From NCBI RefSeq assembly GCF_009834535.1, contig NC_045697.1, positions 22,694,001 through 22,758,000 of the forward strand: a stretch of 64,000 bases of DNA. Reading direction: 5' to 3'. The stretch's first letter is position 1. Every line of letters starts with the position of its first letter. The stretch is from Camelus ferus. Taxonomy: Eukaryota. Under the pieces are notes generated by a model. It saw nothing but the letters and a program-made list of their open reading frames with translations, did no database searches and was not told where the DNA came from. Both the position numbers and the translations under genes were made by a program. Below, one piece after another: positions 9,358 to 24,262 of the stretch.

Positions 9358-12300
9358 CTTTTCACTCAATTGTTTCCTTTTGTATTTCAGTCATAGTTAC
9401 CTCTGTTTCCTTCTTAGTGACTAGCATTTAAAGTTTTAATATAAAGTGATTTATAAATACGTCAAAATAAATGTATATAATAAGGCTCAAAATTCCTTGC
9501 AAGAAACCATCTTTCTGGGTATGAATAAATAAATGAAAGTGATTTCCTGTCTTCCAGGAGAATGTGGGTTCTGTTCTTTGCCCTCACCCATCCCAGGCCA
9601 CTATTACTTGTTCTGAGGTGTGATTTTGCTAATGTCTGAAAGGTATCCTTCTCTGAAACTGTCAGCTTTGTCTGCTAATGTTTCCATGATCCCACAACTT
9701 AGAGATGCATACAAACAAATGTCCTATATGAAATTAAGATGCTAACCCTCAGTGGCAGGGACCTTATTCTACACTTCTTAGGACATTGAAAACAAACAAA
9801 GAAAAATGCCCTTTGGAAAGAGTGTCATTGTAAAAGCTGGTTTTTCTTTGTAGAAATTTTGAAGCCAGTTCATTTGTGTTTCTTTCCTTAAAGGACTGCG
9901 TGAGATCCAGCTGTGCTGAAGAAATCGGAGTTAATGAAGGGAGGGAAATGGAATGGATTTAATTTTGTAGCCATGTCTGTTCAAATAGATCAGACTGACA
10001 ACAGGGTTCTTTGCATGGTCAGAAAACAACAAGAAGGGAGAAAATGAGGAGGTGGGAGGTATGAGCTTAATCTTTATAACAGGAGATGAGGAAGGCTGGA
10101 GAGTGCGTGAAGCAAGGAGTCCGGAAGATGGATACATGGGGGGGATTTTATAATACCGCCTCACCAGCTCTGCTTCTCTTTATAGTTCTACTGAGTTTCC
10201 AAACCGGGCCTATGTGGAGTTGGTTATCATGTCACCTTGCACGTGATACTCCTTCAAACCTGATCCCAAAGTTAAAGCTTTCTGGCTGAAATACTCTCAG
10301 TGATGTCTTTAACATAAATTCACAGTACGGGCTTTAATCTCACCAAGGAAATGTAACTCGGTAAAGTGATGATTCCTTATTAATCATGCGTTGCTGTTTT
10401 TGTTTTCTCTACCTTGTCACCAGCCCCGCTTTGCTAGTGAATGGGAAGCTTATTAGACAAAATATTTTCAGTTGGAAGGGTATTCCAACTAAATTCATGG
10501 CCCCCGGCTGAATTCCCAGAGCACCTCTCCCATTTCACTCACCCACATATACGCCGTTAGAGCTGGTGCAACACCACGGGAGTCCCTCACATACTGGGGT
10601 TTTATCTGCATTAGGTGAAGATTGACCTTATCATAGTGTGATGCTGTGCATGTAGTGGAAGCTGAATTCATGATCCTGGATTTTACAAGTTAGCGAGGGA
10701 GCTGAGTGATACCTGTAACAATGTCAGGTGGAAAAAACATGTACGGATTCAGAAATAGAAAGATCCTAAACATGTCTTTGCCTAGTTCCTTTCAGACCCT
10801 TTATTTCTAATGGAAGATGAACAAATTTTATGACCTAAAATTAGTAAGAAATAATCCCACTTTCTTTTTCCTATTATCTACCTGCAAAAAACCAAACAAA
10901 CAAACAAAAAAAAGTTAATGAAATACCAACAATGTGTTTGCAATGGTTAAAGTAAACAATGTAAAGCATTGAGTCTGCCTTAAAATTTAAGAAAATTAAG
11001 TAAATAAATTTGTAGATCCACATGCCTTCCTAATTCAAAGGACATGGTATTTCTGAGCTTACAACCGAACAGAAAGTATGTACTTGACACTCACGTGCAT
11101 CATAGGCTGACAGAAGGGTTGTGTCAGGAATCCAGGCTCCACCTGTCTGAGATGCACCTGGCATGACAGGACAGCAGACTCAGCTGAAGTCTGATCTTTC
11201 AGTTGACTGAGACAAATAATTAAGAGCACAGTCTGTGGTTCTAAAGTCAGGGTGCATTTCGTTTTCTGCTTCGCTCTTACCCTTCTTGGGTTGAGACTTT
11301 CTTTGCTAAACAGAAATGCAAAAGACTTAGTGGTCTTATAACTATCTAAACATTGAAATAGTATACACAGTAAAACCTGCCAAGAAGGCTTGCCCCTAGT
11401 ATTCTAAGAATGCAAAGGTCTACTCTTTGGGATGCTATAGTTTATTTTCCTGTATGATGCTTCCATTTTCCCTGGGAATGCTGGCCATCTGGGACCTCCT
11501 GGTGCCTCTTGAACCCCAGTACCTGCATCCACTTGATTGTCAGGGAGGCAGACGTGGTGCAGACAGCGAATCATCTAATTCTGCCAAGAGGGGAGAGCCT
11601 GCGGCTAGAAACCCAGAAGAACCTCAGGCAGGTAGTCCATACATCACTCTGTCAGCTGACCCAGGCCTCCCTCTGACCACCCACTTTGTCCCAGCAGACC
11701 TACCCTGCTGGTCTCCTGCAAATGCTTCACGGATTTTCTCCTCCATCTATCTGATCCCATCTGCTTTTTATCCTCTAGGAATTTCTCAAAAAATGTTGAT
11801 GCACAGATGGTAAGAGTTCTTATTTTCTGGCTCTTGATATATTTTCTGAAAGAAAAAATATTTTCTGCTATTTTGAAAGAGTTAAGATGGAGGGAGAGTT
11901 GATCCACATGGTACACTTGCAAACTTCCCCACCCTCCCCCCACTCCCTCCAGCCTTTCTTTAGTTCAGTCAAAGTCAGGTCATCTTTAGTAGGAAAATCC
12001 TAGGACAATGGGAGGTTATGGAGTTCAGGTGTTCAAATGAATAATCCCACCACGTTTAACCCCAGGCTGTACCTTCTCTGGTGGGATGGACTGCATACAC
12101 TTAAACAGGGGAGGCTTGTCATGCTTAGGTTTTCTAGAAGACAGAGACAATGGATTCTTCATTTAATATTAGGTTAAAAAGTGGTTTTCTTCCCATGTTA
12201 CACATGAATGTATATGTGAAGAATAAAGAAAATCCCATGTGGTTGCACCTAGCCCCTGGTATGGGCTGTTTTTGCTTGGCCCTGGGTCATTTGTATTAAC

Positions 12301-13934
12301 GTCAGCATGAGTGGCCTCAAGGGGGTGTGGCCTAACAGAGATCATCCACGCTGTTCAACTTATTTCATGCACTAGAAAGGAGGCACAAAGGCAATTAACA
12401 TAGGACAAGTTGGTCAAACTTATGAGAATGTGATGGTGACTGATCCATCAGTCTGTCTGACGTTCTTAAAGACCAAGAAGATTTAATCAAAATCACTAAA
12501 TGGAAGAGAAATCTTGTTAGACATCATACAGACACTGACAAATGGTTAAAAATGACTAGCAACTAAGAAGATAAACATTTAAATTATGCATTTGTCTTAG
12601 TGCAAGTTATTTTTGAAGGATGTGTGCATGCTTTAATACATGGGGATAGAAAATATATTGAAGACAGTACCATTTAAATAGCTTCTCTATCTGATTTTTA
12701 TTTGATTCTAACATTTACATAAATCTATAGGACTGATTCCTAACACTGATTTGCTAGGTTAGATTAGCTTCTTTAATAATTTTTTTGAAATTCTTAAACA
12801 TATTATGTCAAAGTACTTCAGTAAGAAAGAAAAGAATTATTCTTGCTGAATCTAACAGTGTTAAAATGTTGGATCTCTGCACAGTTTGAAATACTTTTCC
12901 TAATTATAGGAGGATTTCTACATTGGAAGACTATTAATATCCATCTTGTTCTCAATTGTTTTGGATCAGCTCTTTAGATTATAAAATGATTTTTTCTCAT
13001 TGGGTAAATATTATCAGTGCCTAATTAATTCACGATGCCGCTATATAATACACGTTGCTGGTGTGCATGCTAAGAATTGGGATGACAGAGTTCTAGGCCT
13101 GTGTCTCTTTGAGGCATAAATCTCTTTTCAATCCTAGGAATATTTAACAGATCAAATGTAGGTTTGGGGTACTCACAAAACAGAGACATGAAAATAAAAT
13201 GAAAGTATTTGTTATTGAATATTTCAAAAAGAAGCCTGGATAGAGTCAAAACGGAAAAAAAAAATCACTAAACATTTCTTTGCATTACCATATTTTGCAA
13301 TTAAATGTCATTTTTATTTTGAATTACCAGTGCCGCTCCCATCATGTTCTTTAGCCAATCATCTCTTCAAAGTCTTGAACCTGTAAATGAAATAATCCAG
13401 CCATGCCTCTCAGAGAAGTGAGCTTATTTTTTCCTTTGATGGCTATAGACCGAGACACTATCAGAGGAGAAAAGATGATCACGTTGCTGGGCAAGGTGAC
13501 TTCCTAGGTAAGAAGGAGATCAGAGCTCTGCGAGGCGATTGGGGAACCCTCCCTGTCAACTTTCTAAGGAAAGGTGCTGCTCCAGCAGGTGCGAGACAGA
13601 ACTGGAGGAGAGGAAGTGTGGGAATCTCGGGTGATGTGTATCTAGCAGAAGACAGTCTCAGAACTGAAAAATAATCTGCAGACAAATGAGGTGTGTAGAT
13701 TGTAGCCAGAAAGACAGTTTAGCACAGAAATTAAAGGCAGAGACTCACTAACCAAATCGTCTAAATCCAAATCTTTGCTCTGTAGTGCGCTGGCTGTGAG
13801 AACAAATCATTTCGTACCTTTGAGCTCACCTCTTTATCTGTGAAATGGGGACAGCAAATTCCTGTTCATGGAGTTTCAGGAGAGACTGAATTAATAATTA
13901 TATAAAATGCCTTGGTGTGAAGTGGAATACATCC

Positions 13935-14471
13935 ACATCTTTGACATGCCCTGCAAAAAATGGAGCACGAGTCCCTTTAACTTGAGTGTGGGCTAGACTT
14001 TAGTAACTCACTTGTAACGAATAGAATAAAGTGAAAAGTGACAGGTGTGACTTCAGAGATGAGATCACCAAAGGCACTTTGGCTTCCTATGGGTTCTTTC
14101 TCTTGGATCACCAATTATGAAGGAAGCCAGATCTCTTTGGAGAGGATTCAAGCTGTCCTTTGGAGAGGTCCATGTGTTGAGGAACCGAGGCATCTTGCCA
14201 TCAACCAATGAGAAACTGAGGCTCCCTAACAATGGCCAAAAGAATGAGCCCCCTTAGAAACAGACCCTCTTGCTCCAGTCAGATCTTCCCATGACTGCAA
14301 CCTTAGTCTTTCATTTGCCTGCCACCTCATGAAAGACTCTAAGTCAAAACCTGACAGCTAAGCCTCTCCCATATTCCTGACCCACGGGGATTTTGAGTGA
14401 ATGAAAGTTGATTGTTTTCAACCACTAATTGTTGTGGGTAATTTGTTACTCAGCAATAGGTAATTAACACA
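13935..14471 (+). mobile_element. MLT1F-like MaLR solo LTR, preceded by a MIR at about 13715-13925
   Basis: tggagaggtccatgtgttgaggaaccgagg...cagctaagcc...ttcctgacccac...gtaatttgttactcagcaatag...aca. Confidence 0.8.
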
Positions 14472-15061
14472 TACTTTAAGGGCTGCCTCGCTTATCATGA
14501 GTCCTATATAATTATTAACCACAGTATTATTACAAGTCTTTGGTTTGCGAACAGAATAATAAACCAGTAGAAATTCCCTATTATTTTCCCTCCGTGATCT
14601 GTTTCGGGGCATTGCTGTTGTTAAATCCTGGTGTGCCAGATTTTCCCTGATATGGTAGTATTTGTATGGGCTTCTGAATAATAGTTTTTGGAGAAAATAT
14701 GAAAATGATGATGGATAGAAGAAGATGTACGGTGACAAGTGGGGAAGAGAGGCAAAATAAAGGATCTGGGAGAACAGGAATTTTGATAGTAAGTGAAAGA
14801 AACAGGAAGAGAGATGAATGGTTTACTTCCATTTTTCATCTGCAGCTAGAGAAGTAAAAACTCAATAAACCAAAAAAAAAAAAAAAAGAAAGAAAAAAAC
14901 AAGCTGTGCTGACATCAGCCTCATAATAATGTATCTAAAATTGATCGTGAGAGACAAAAAATGAAGAAGGGCATTCTCACCTATATATTACATCATAATG
15001 TCCTTCTCGCCTTTCCTTGCCCATTGCTCATTGAATTAGGCACCTTCTTAAACATCTTCAC

Positions 15062-15610
15062 TGCAGGAAAAAACAAAGACAGACCAAGTAAGAAAAGCAA
15101 AGGCAATCTGGTCTGAGTTTGCTAAAGCAAGAGGTCAGCACCATCCTCTGTATTTTGGCAGAGACTCAAATGCAGGTAGAGGAGCAGGGAAGCTTTGTAG
15201 TGAAAAGGAGGGAAACCCTCAGGTATGTCCTGATCAGAGACTTGGTAGGGAAAGCTGTAGGTAGACTAACTAGAAGCAGGGCATCTTCTATGATTGTCTG
15301 GGGAGCATATTTTGTTTTCTCTGGTTGGTTGTAAGTTGAAAGTGGGGCAAAAATTAAGGACGTTGCCAGTTATTAATCAAGTACTGGCCATTTTTGGCCA
15401 CTTGTTACAGAATTGTTGTTTAACTTCCTGGATGATCACTAGAGAGAGCAATCTTGCTTCCTGCAAATCTGATTTATAGCAGGCTTACCTCCTGGGTCAT
15501 TTATTACAGATGAAGTGTTGGTTTCCTGGGCAGACTGCTGCAGGTTGTGGGTCCAAGATCCATTTTTATATATGGTCTGGCTATGGTCCATTTGTATCTT
15601 CAGTCTCTCA
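15062..15610 (-). mobile_element. MER89-like ERV1 solo LTR
   Basis: Reverse complement begins tgagagactgaagatacaaatggacc...gacccacaacctgcagcagtctgcccaggaaacc. Confidence 0.7.
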
Positions 15611-17359
15611 TCAACACACACTATTTTTTTGCACTGGTACACTGATTGTAATTCCCTCCCCTTTGTTTCCAGTTTCTAGCACTGTTCTATCCCATTTCCA
15701 TATCAAAATACTGATAGCATTTCCATAAACATTCACTCGTTTTGTGAAGGACTGAAATCAAAGTTTCTGCATATGAATAATAAAATAATCAAGAGGATTA
15801 TGTCTTGGCAGAAAGTTTCTTTCTGCTCTTACAGCAGACCCACGCAGAGAAAAAGGAAATGAAATAATGAACAAAACATTGTTGAAAAGTCAACATGTTT
15901 TTATTAGAAACAGGAAGGTGGAGAAGAAGAGAAATTGATCAAACTGATGGCTGAGCTACCATAGGCACATTTTTCTTGCTTCCATTAAATTGTTCACATG
16001 TAGTATAGGATGATTTTCTGCCAGGATCTTTCTCACAAGCCTATAAATGATAGTATCTATTTTCAATACAGCTTTTTATTTTTTACATTGCAATTATTTT
16101 AAAGTAAATGTTTACTACTGTTGACTGGCAACATTGGGTCAATAATCACTGTATTGGTGTAAATTGTTTGTAACTTGAGCAAAAAAAAAAAAAAAGAAAA
16201 GAACCATTAGCATGAATATGAAAGGCAGAAAAAAGTCATTGTGTTTTTGGAATGCTTGAATTCCATTGTTCTTGCAATGACCCATGAGACCATGAGTTGC
16301 TTCCTTCCTATTGGTCATAAATAAACTGAGTTACCAAGAACCTATACAGTGCATCCCTGACACTGATTCAGACATTCAAATGCCTACTGTGGCCTAGGTG
16401 GCTAATGAAAAGTTGAAAGACAGTAAAAATGTATTCACTCACTGAATACATATTTATTTAGAGCCTACTTTATGCCAGGCACTGTTCTAATTACTGAAAT
16501 TGACTTTGTACCAATTATCTAGAGACCTGTATTCTTCCTTGGTCTATATTTAGTGTTTGCACATTTGATAGAGGCAAGATTACAGAGAAATAGTTCCTTT
16601 CGTTCAGTATAACAATAGCAAACCTGATGATAAACGATGATGGGTCCTGTAGTGTGTCAGAAATTCCATAGAGGGTCGTACGGATTTAGTGCACTGCACT
16701 GTCTAACGGCAACAGTCACTTGTTGACACACAGAAAGACATAAGCCAAATGCTGTCAGGTCATCTTGTACTATTTTCCTATTTTTTGAGAAGACAGAACT
16801 CCAGAGTTCTTTTTATGCGAACCTACCAAGTTTGCTTTATGTTGTTTATTTTTTAAAAACATAGTGAAAATGAAATGACAGATACCAATCCATTTTATTG
16901 CCCAACAGTTTGGAATGTTTAATCTCAGTAGAATTAATTGGACTATATCCCAAAATTTAAATATAGTGCGGAGCACAAGCTATTTAATTGCTCTAAGGCT
17001 ATTAGTCAGCATTGCTGGCAATGATAACTTTAACAGATGAGTTAAGGAATAATCTCGGATAGATGAACCTTGCAATAAATTCTTTGCTTCTGTTTATTTC
17101 GTACTTCTTTGGGCACTCTATTTCATTTGTGGGTTATTTCCCTGCTCTAGTTCTTTGAATTAGATGTCTCCTTTTTTTTTTTTTTTTTTTTTTTGCCCTT
17201 TGCACTTAATGCTTTACCTTTTCTCCTTCTCTAAGCTATTAATTTACATATGTTATTAAAACCTTTAGTGATTCCCATTTACAAATTGAACAAAAGGTAA
17301 ATTCCTTCAAAATGCTCTGTAGTCCAAGCTCAACCAAATTTTCTAAAGTTTTCTATTTT

Positions 17360-17885
17360 CTATTTATTTTCCTAAATTAAATTATAACTGACATACAACA
17401 ATGCATAAGTTTAAGGTGTATAACATGTTGATTTGATACATTTATATATGGCAATATTATTACCACCATAATATCAGTTAACATCTCCATCTAGTCACAA
17501 AATTAACATTTCATGTTATGGTGAGAACAGTTAAGATCTAGTCTCTTAGCAGCTTTGAAATATGTAACAGTATCATTGAAGATCATCCAATGCTGTGCAT
17601 TAGGTCTTCAGAGCTAAATTCATAACTGGACATTTGTACCCCTTCTCTAACATCTTCCCTATTCCCCAACCACCCGCCCCACCACTCCCCCAGACCCTGG
17701 GTACCATGATCTCACTCTTCTGCTTCTATGAATTCAGCTTTTTTAGATGCCATGTATAAGACAGTATTTGTCTTTCTCTGACTTGTCACATTTAGCAGAA
17801 TGCCCCCAAGGTCCATCTATGTTGTCACAAGTAGCAGGATTTCCTTCTTTCTCTTACCTGAACAATATTCCATTGTGTATGGAAT
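17360..17885 (-). mobile_element. L1MA9-like LINE-1 3' end
   Basis: gtttaaggtgtataacatg...ggtgagaacagttaagatctagtctcttagca...cagtatttgtctttctctg. Confidence 0.8.
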
Positions 17886-18554
17886 CTTCTTTACACACAC
17901 TCGGCTTGTGTTAAACCTTCTTACACTGTACAGCTCCTTTGGTTACCTACAGCTGATCAATTAAGCCTCTCCTGCACTTTTATTCTATCTTTGCTAGGAC
18001 AAATCCCTTCACCTAGAAAGCACTCTACTAAGGTATTTGTCAATGTTTAGTCTGTCTTTACGGGTAGTTTCAGTTTTTACTATTACATGACTTCTTTCCC
18101 CCCAGATTCTTCAGTTTGAGTTAAACCTGTCCATTCCTGTTTTCTTTTTATAAGTTATTGGAGTAATTTTTACAGGAAAATCATTCTCATATTTAAGTTC
18201 AATGACAGCAATCTACCTCTCTAGACAACAATTCAAACTCCTAGTGACCTCTATAGGTCGACTGGTGTATAGAAACAGCTAGTAACTCCTCATAATAGAC
18301 ATTCAGTTTGTGTCTGTTAAAGTGAATTTGTTTAAGACAGTCCCAAATGTTGAAATGAATGCTCTTTTATTGAACTGCATCATCTTGAAAAGGGGTTGGT
18401 GCCTGAAACACTGAGAAAAAAGGAGGCTATGAGAAATAGTAGTGAAGATATTTGTAATTTGTTCATAAAACAGCATATTTATTGTTCCCCCTTCTGTGTA
18501 ATTGCAATTAATTTTATAATATTCTTTTAAAACTTATCTCAGTATAATTATATG

Positions 18555-18700
18555 TTTATATTTCTGTATCATCCACTAGACTGTGAGTTACATGATAATA
18601 AGTATTATGATTTATTCAATTCTGTCTTGGAAAATCTTGCACAGTGCTTGACCCATTGTTTGTATTCAGAAAATGCTTATTAAATGATGAATGAATAAAT
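18555..18700 (+). mobile_element. L2 LINE 3' end
   Basis: ccactagactgtgag...gcacagtgcttgac...tgaatgaataaat tail. Confidence 0.7.
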
Positions 18701-21700
18701 GTACAAACAAAAGACTCAAATTTGGAATTTGAGCTGCTTGCATCTCTCAAAGGAAACCTAGGAATATTGTGGTGGTGGTTAAATTTGTGGCTTGAAAATG
18801 TGTAAATGTTTTATTCCCATTATTTTTTAATACTGAAAAAAAATGGAATAATTACCAAGACAATTATCCACATTTCCCTGAATATTGTCTTCACTTACAA
18901 TTAAGAAACCTCTAAATCATTGTTCCACAAATTGCTTTTCTCCCAATTATTCTAGAAGGCTTCAGAGGATTCACTTTGTCACATGAGCAAGTTTTTCGCC
19001 ACCATGTGACTTTCTTATTATACTTCATCAACAGTCACGTCTCTCCTTGGCTAGTCAGGGAGACCAATCTGAGGGAAAAACACTAAGAATTTTCTTAGGT
19101 CAAGTCAAGAAAACATAGCTCATCTTAAAATGAGTTTGAAACATCTTTGGAGTTTATTAAATCCCATGTAGATAGTCTACTAATGGACAAAATTTTTAAA
19201 AATTCTCTGCAATTACTCAGTTAAGTCACAGACACCTTTAACATTCCATCTAACCCTGCCACACATACACACTAAATTTAAGATTTTAACTATTTAGAAA
19301 TTAAATTAGACAATCTCTAATGTTCTCTCAACTCAGAGTTCCTATAGCATATTCATTCAGGTATTCATTCATTCACACATTAATATTACACATTTTTTCT
19401 AAGTGACTAAAATGGTTTGATGCTAGGTAAGCACTAAGGATGAGTTCAAAAATGAAAAAAAAAAAGTAAGAGGAAAAAGTGGGTCACCATCCTTGTTTTG
19501 CAGCATAATATTTAATATTTAAACAATTTACTTAACCTTTTGGATTCTTGTTACATCTCCGTAAAGTGGGAATAATAGTAACCTTGTAAGAAGAAAAGGA
19601 AAATAAAAATAAAAAGAAGTCGCTTAAGAGGTAGGATAAAAACTAAGTGTCACAGGTTGTGGGAGCAAAGGGAGAAGAGAATCGATGTTACCTCTAAAAT
19701 GTTAGAAAATAAAAGAAGTATGTTGTGTAGCATAAAAGCCACGTTGAGGAGAAAATGGCAGCCAGAGAGATCAACCAGTTCCATTATTTATGTAATAAAC
19801 ATGTATTGATTTACCTTTTTGTTCTAGTCACTGCAGTAGGTGTTGGCAATACAAAGACTCATGCAAAATAGCTTCTTCCTTAAAGAAACCTCTTGAACTT
19901 TATTTAGAAGGCATTGAATTCACCTCAGCTGCTTCTTAAAATACTTCGCCTCTCAACCTACATAGTTTTAGATTTAGTTAGTTTGAGCTAGTGCCCAGAA
20001 AAATATATTTTTAAACAAGCAACGTTCATGATTATGAGCAGGCGATTGGTGGACTGCTCTTTGAAATGAGACAGCTTTGGAGATTATGCGTTGAATGTTC
20101 TTCAAAAAGCAGAAGAAGCTTAAAGGAAGTTAAAGAAGCTTTCAATATGAAATGGTCTCATTTAGTTTTAAAAATTTCTTTAAGATTTTTGAATCAAAAA
20201 AGTTAAATCATATAGACTTGAATGTCTTTCGTGTATCATCTTGTCTTCCATTTCATTGTTCAAGATCCTGAATATCAACCGTCACATGGTGTTTGGAAAA
20301 TATTTAAGGGAAATAATCTTTTGTTATCCTGAAAAGTGGAAAATAATGTTGAATCACTGCATTCATAATAGGCAAAGATTTTATGGAACATACACACTGC
20401 AACAGAATTGCAAACATAATTTGTGAAGAGGAGAGATCAAGTCAGGTGAAATGTAAAGGAAGAAAACTTGGCTATAAAGATAATCGAATGACAGGACGAA
20501 TTATGAAGAGTAGCGGAATAAGCTATGTTCTTGTGTGTGAGGAAAGTAGAAGAAATAGCTACTCTCATTGTCAATTTAGGCACTTGATGTCAGAATTTTA
20601 GTGTAATTAAGACATTATTAATCCTAAGAGTGTTCTTCAATGGATTTTTATGCATTCAACAACAGGAAAAAAATACCTACAAGGACAGTTTCATGAATCT
20701 GACAACCTATACAAGTGACCTTAACTGTTTGCTTGAAGGTTTGTCAGAAAGCATATAATAAAATGCTCACACATAAAGAACATCCAAAAAAAAGATTTTT
20801 TACAACCTGAAGTGCATGTGTGGTCCTTGGCTTGAGTTCCTTGATTCTTAGTGAAACTCCAGGCTAATGAGATGGGCAATCAGAAAAAAATATATTTACT
20901 AAAACTCTAGTGAGAAATTGGGCGTCTGGACAATATTGCTCTTAGGTTTAAGTAAGAAAGTGGATACAAAATCAGAGAGAGGGTCAGTCTTTTCAGCGAA
21001 GCATGGTTTTAGTCAATAGAAGACTCCAGCGCAAGTATTCCTTCTGTTGGAAGTTTTAGCACGGTGACAGTGAGAAAGCAGGCAGAAATGATCTAGTCTG
21101 CTCATTATATAGTTTAGATCATTAAGATTTCAACATTGAAGGTGACTAGATTAGGTAAGAGAATACCATTGGATGAAGAGAAAAGTTGTTCATGAGGTCA
21201 TATATGACGTGTTAGTGGCTTCTGAAAATTATAGAATAAGACATGTCAGGATGGTTATAATCTGACATTACTACCTAGGAAGAAGGTAACAGGCAAAGCA
21301 TGAGTCACACATGACATTTTGAAGACAAAGCTGTCACCTTAGAATAACATTTTGATCTATGTTCATATGACTTGAGTTTATATGTGTGAAGAGTGATTGT
21401 TTGCAAGGATAGTGTGTGTCCTTAGACTATGCTGAACAATATATTATCTAGTGAAAATGGTGTGAAATCTAGTGTGAAACATTCATTCTTGTATGATTAA
21501 GTTTTCATCAGTTTATGGTATAATTATAGCAAAGAGTAAGTCAGAAATGAATCTCATCAATTGGATATACAGATTTTATCAGTCAGCATCCCAGAAGGAA
21601 CCAGAATTCACCCCAGGTGGTTAAAATGTTAGGAACCACAGAATCATGGGCAAAGTTAAGAGAACAAACAAGGGATGGTGAGGGAGATTGGTGAAGCATT

Positions 21701-22980
21701 GCTTTCTCTGAGATTAAAGCACACAGGGAAGGAATAGGGTTGCCAGAGATTCGTGATATTGGGAGAGGAGGAGAGGTCACCTGGTGGTATTCTAAAGGAA
21801 TGCAAATCAGGACTGAGAGGATGGGATAATAAACCTCTCTCTTCTCCTTTCCAAGGGTCGGCTGCTTTTGCCTCCACCAACCAGACACCAATTGGCTAGG
21901 GAACCAAATGATGTAGTCTACCAAGGTCAACCACACTCCATCCTCGTCTCAAACACAGAACAGGAAATAAAAGGGCAGAGGATGAAGACTATATCCTGTG
22001 GGCAGAGACTGAGAATAACCCAGAGTGAGGTGGTAGTTTAGACAGGATGATTGCAAGGTAATTTCTAAGCTATTCCCTTTGCACAGGCTATAGGGAGGGT
22101 ATCATTTTAATGCAAACAAGCTAGATACACTGTAATTATGCCTTTTCTATGACAAATTTCATAAAACTGAGATTTAGCGCTTTAAAATAAGGGAGAGTTT
22201 ATTCGAATGTACATTATATTTTCTTGGTTGAGTTGATTAATGAAACAAAATTTTTTAACGTAAGAATATTACTTCAGAGTTTAGTATATTATAATATAAG
22301 TAGCAGAAATGATAGAAAAAGAAAAGACTTTTTAGGCAAGTGTTTTACAATGCCCTTTAATCCTAGGCAGATTATAAATACATATGTGTTCATGTTCTAA
22401 GTGTAGACACTGTATTTTGCATATGCAGTGTCTTGATCTGTACTATGCATGATACCATGGTTGAATTTACAACCACCTACTTTGCTCAATTAGGGTCTTT
22501 TTAAATAGCTAAATAAACCTCTTTTAAAAAAAAGCACAAAAATAGCATCCTCTGAAACATTTGGATCCAAAATAGAATCTATGTGAAACTTAAAAAACCA
22601 AAATAGAACTTTTACAACTCCTTCAGTTTAAAATACTTGGAAATAACTTTAGTGGGTGTGACATAGCCATCATTTTTTTTTTTTATTGATTTAAGGTCAC
22701 CTTTTAGGTTTTCTCTATAGATTATTTAAACACAAACACACACACTTTCTGTAGTACCAAGATGAAGTTACTATTTGATTCAATTATCTGTAACTTGTAC
22801 GCCGGAAATGAAGTTTGTGGATGAAGTGTGGTGTGGGTGTGGGTGTTAGAGATTGGTGATGTGAACAGTTAGGTAACCTATTTTCTAACCAACGCAAACC
22901 TCCTCTTAAATCATACCTATTTCTAACACGGGCAACAAGAAGCAGTATCCAGAGCTCTCTGTGATCAAAAGTCACTAGGG

Positions 22981-23205
22981 AGTTCAAGATTTGCAACTAT
23001 TAACTACTATATATAAAATAGATAAAAGACAAATTTCTGTATAGCACAGGGAACTACATTCAGCATCCTATAGTAACCTGTAAGGAAAAAGAATAGGAAA
23101 ACAAATATATGTATGTATATGTATGACTGAAATATTATGCTGTACACCGAAATTGATATATTGCAACTGGCTATACTTGAATTAAAAATAATAATAATAA
23201 TAATA
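22981..23205 (+). mobile_element. 5'-truncated cetartiodactyl/camelid L1 with TSD
   Basis: tgtatagcacagggaact...atgactgaaatattatgctgtacacc, (AAT)n tail; TSD aaaagtcactaggg (22967-80) and aaaactcactaggg (23206-19), 13/14 identical. Confidence 0.88.
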
Positions 23206-23490
23206 AAAACTCACTAGGGCACTGACTTCCAGGCAGACGTGTGTGTCTTGCTCCTTTGTAAGGTCGCAGGCTTCCTCTCACTCTCCACTAGAAGAGTCAG
23301 CAAAGGCACCTTCATAGCCAGAAGGCCCACGTCGAAAACTTGTCCTGCAGAGTTAGAGAGGACGCAGAGGAGGTAGGTTATGCACAAGGGAAACCTAGAG
23401 AGGTATCATTTACTAAATTACTATGCACCCATTCCTTTCCCACCTTCAGAAAGCTGTATTGCCAGTAGTCTCAGTGCATGCTAGGGAAAC

Positions 23491-23492
<2 letters not shown>

Positions 23493-23551
<59 letters not shown>

Positions 23552-23556
23552 CGCGC
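23493..23556. repeat. Compound microsatellite (GT)25(GC)7
   Basis: Read directly from the sequence. Confidence 0.97.
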
Positions 23557-24262
23557 AGTGTTCCCATTCTATCAGCTATTAGTTAAGTGACTTTGATCAA
23601 TTTATCAAAACTCCAAAAACTTAGCTTCTGGCACTTTGGAAAGTGTTGAATAGATTGGCAATTTTTATTATAAAATCAGCATTTTACATTTATAATCTCT
23701 AATCCTTACAGTTATCCTTCAAGGCAAATAATTATAGTCTCCCATTTTATTTTTTATTTTTAAAATTTGACTGATCGATTTATTTTTTGAAGTCAGGAAC
23801 ACAGTTTTTTATTTTGGAAATAAATTAATTGAATTGATATGCATCTAACACGTTCAAATAATAGAGCCCTCAAGTAGGCTGACTTTCTAGGAGAAAAAAA
23901 ATATTTGCAGGTTTCATCTTTGAAAAAAATACACTGCATCTCTAAGTAATGGTTAATTACGTAAAAAATAGATTTACTATTACCCTCTGCTTCACAGCTA
24001 TCCTGAAGATTTTATCCAGCATCCTTTTAGGTCACTTCAAGGCACAGTAAACTTTATTAAGTACTACGAGTTTTCCAAAAAGAAGTTAAATATATCACAA
24101 TGGGCTATCAAATTACTCAGTATATATACATGGAGCTGCATTTTTAAAATGTTCTTGTTGAAAAAGTCTACTATTGATTTTCACCCAAATCCTCTCCAAT
24201 TATAATTAAAAATAAAACTTTAAAAGATAGATGCTGAAAGAAATAAATGGATTGGTAATTAC

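Noticed and set aside
9030..9431. Four overlapping ORFs over the GC-rich patch
   Set aside because: Explained by stop-codon scarcity in GC-rich DNA; no protein family resemblance.
11427..11813. 128-aa ORF, the longest in the track
   Set aside because: Starts at TTG, has no recognisable domain, and has an equally long overlapping antisense ORF; consistent with chance.
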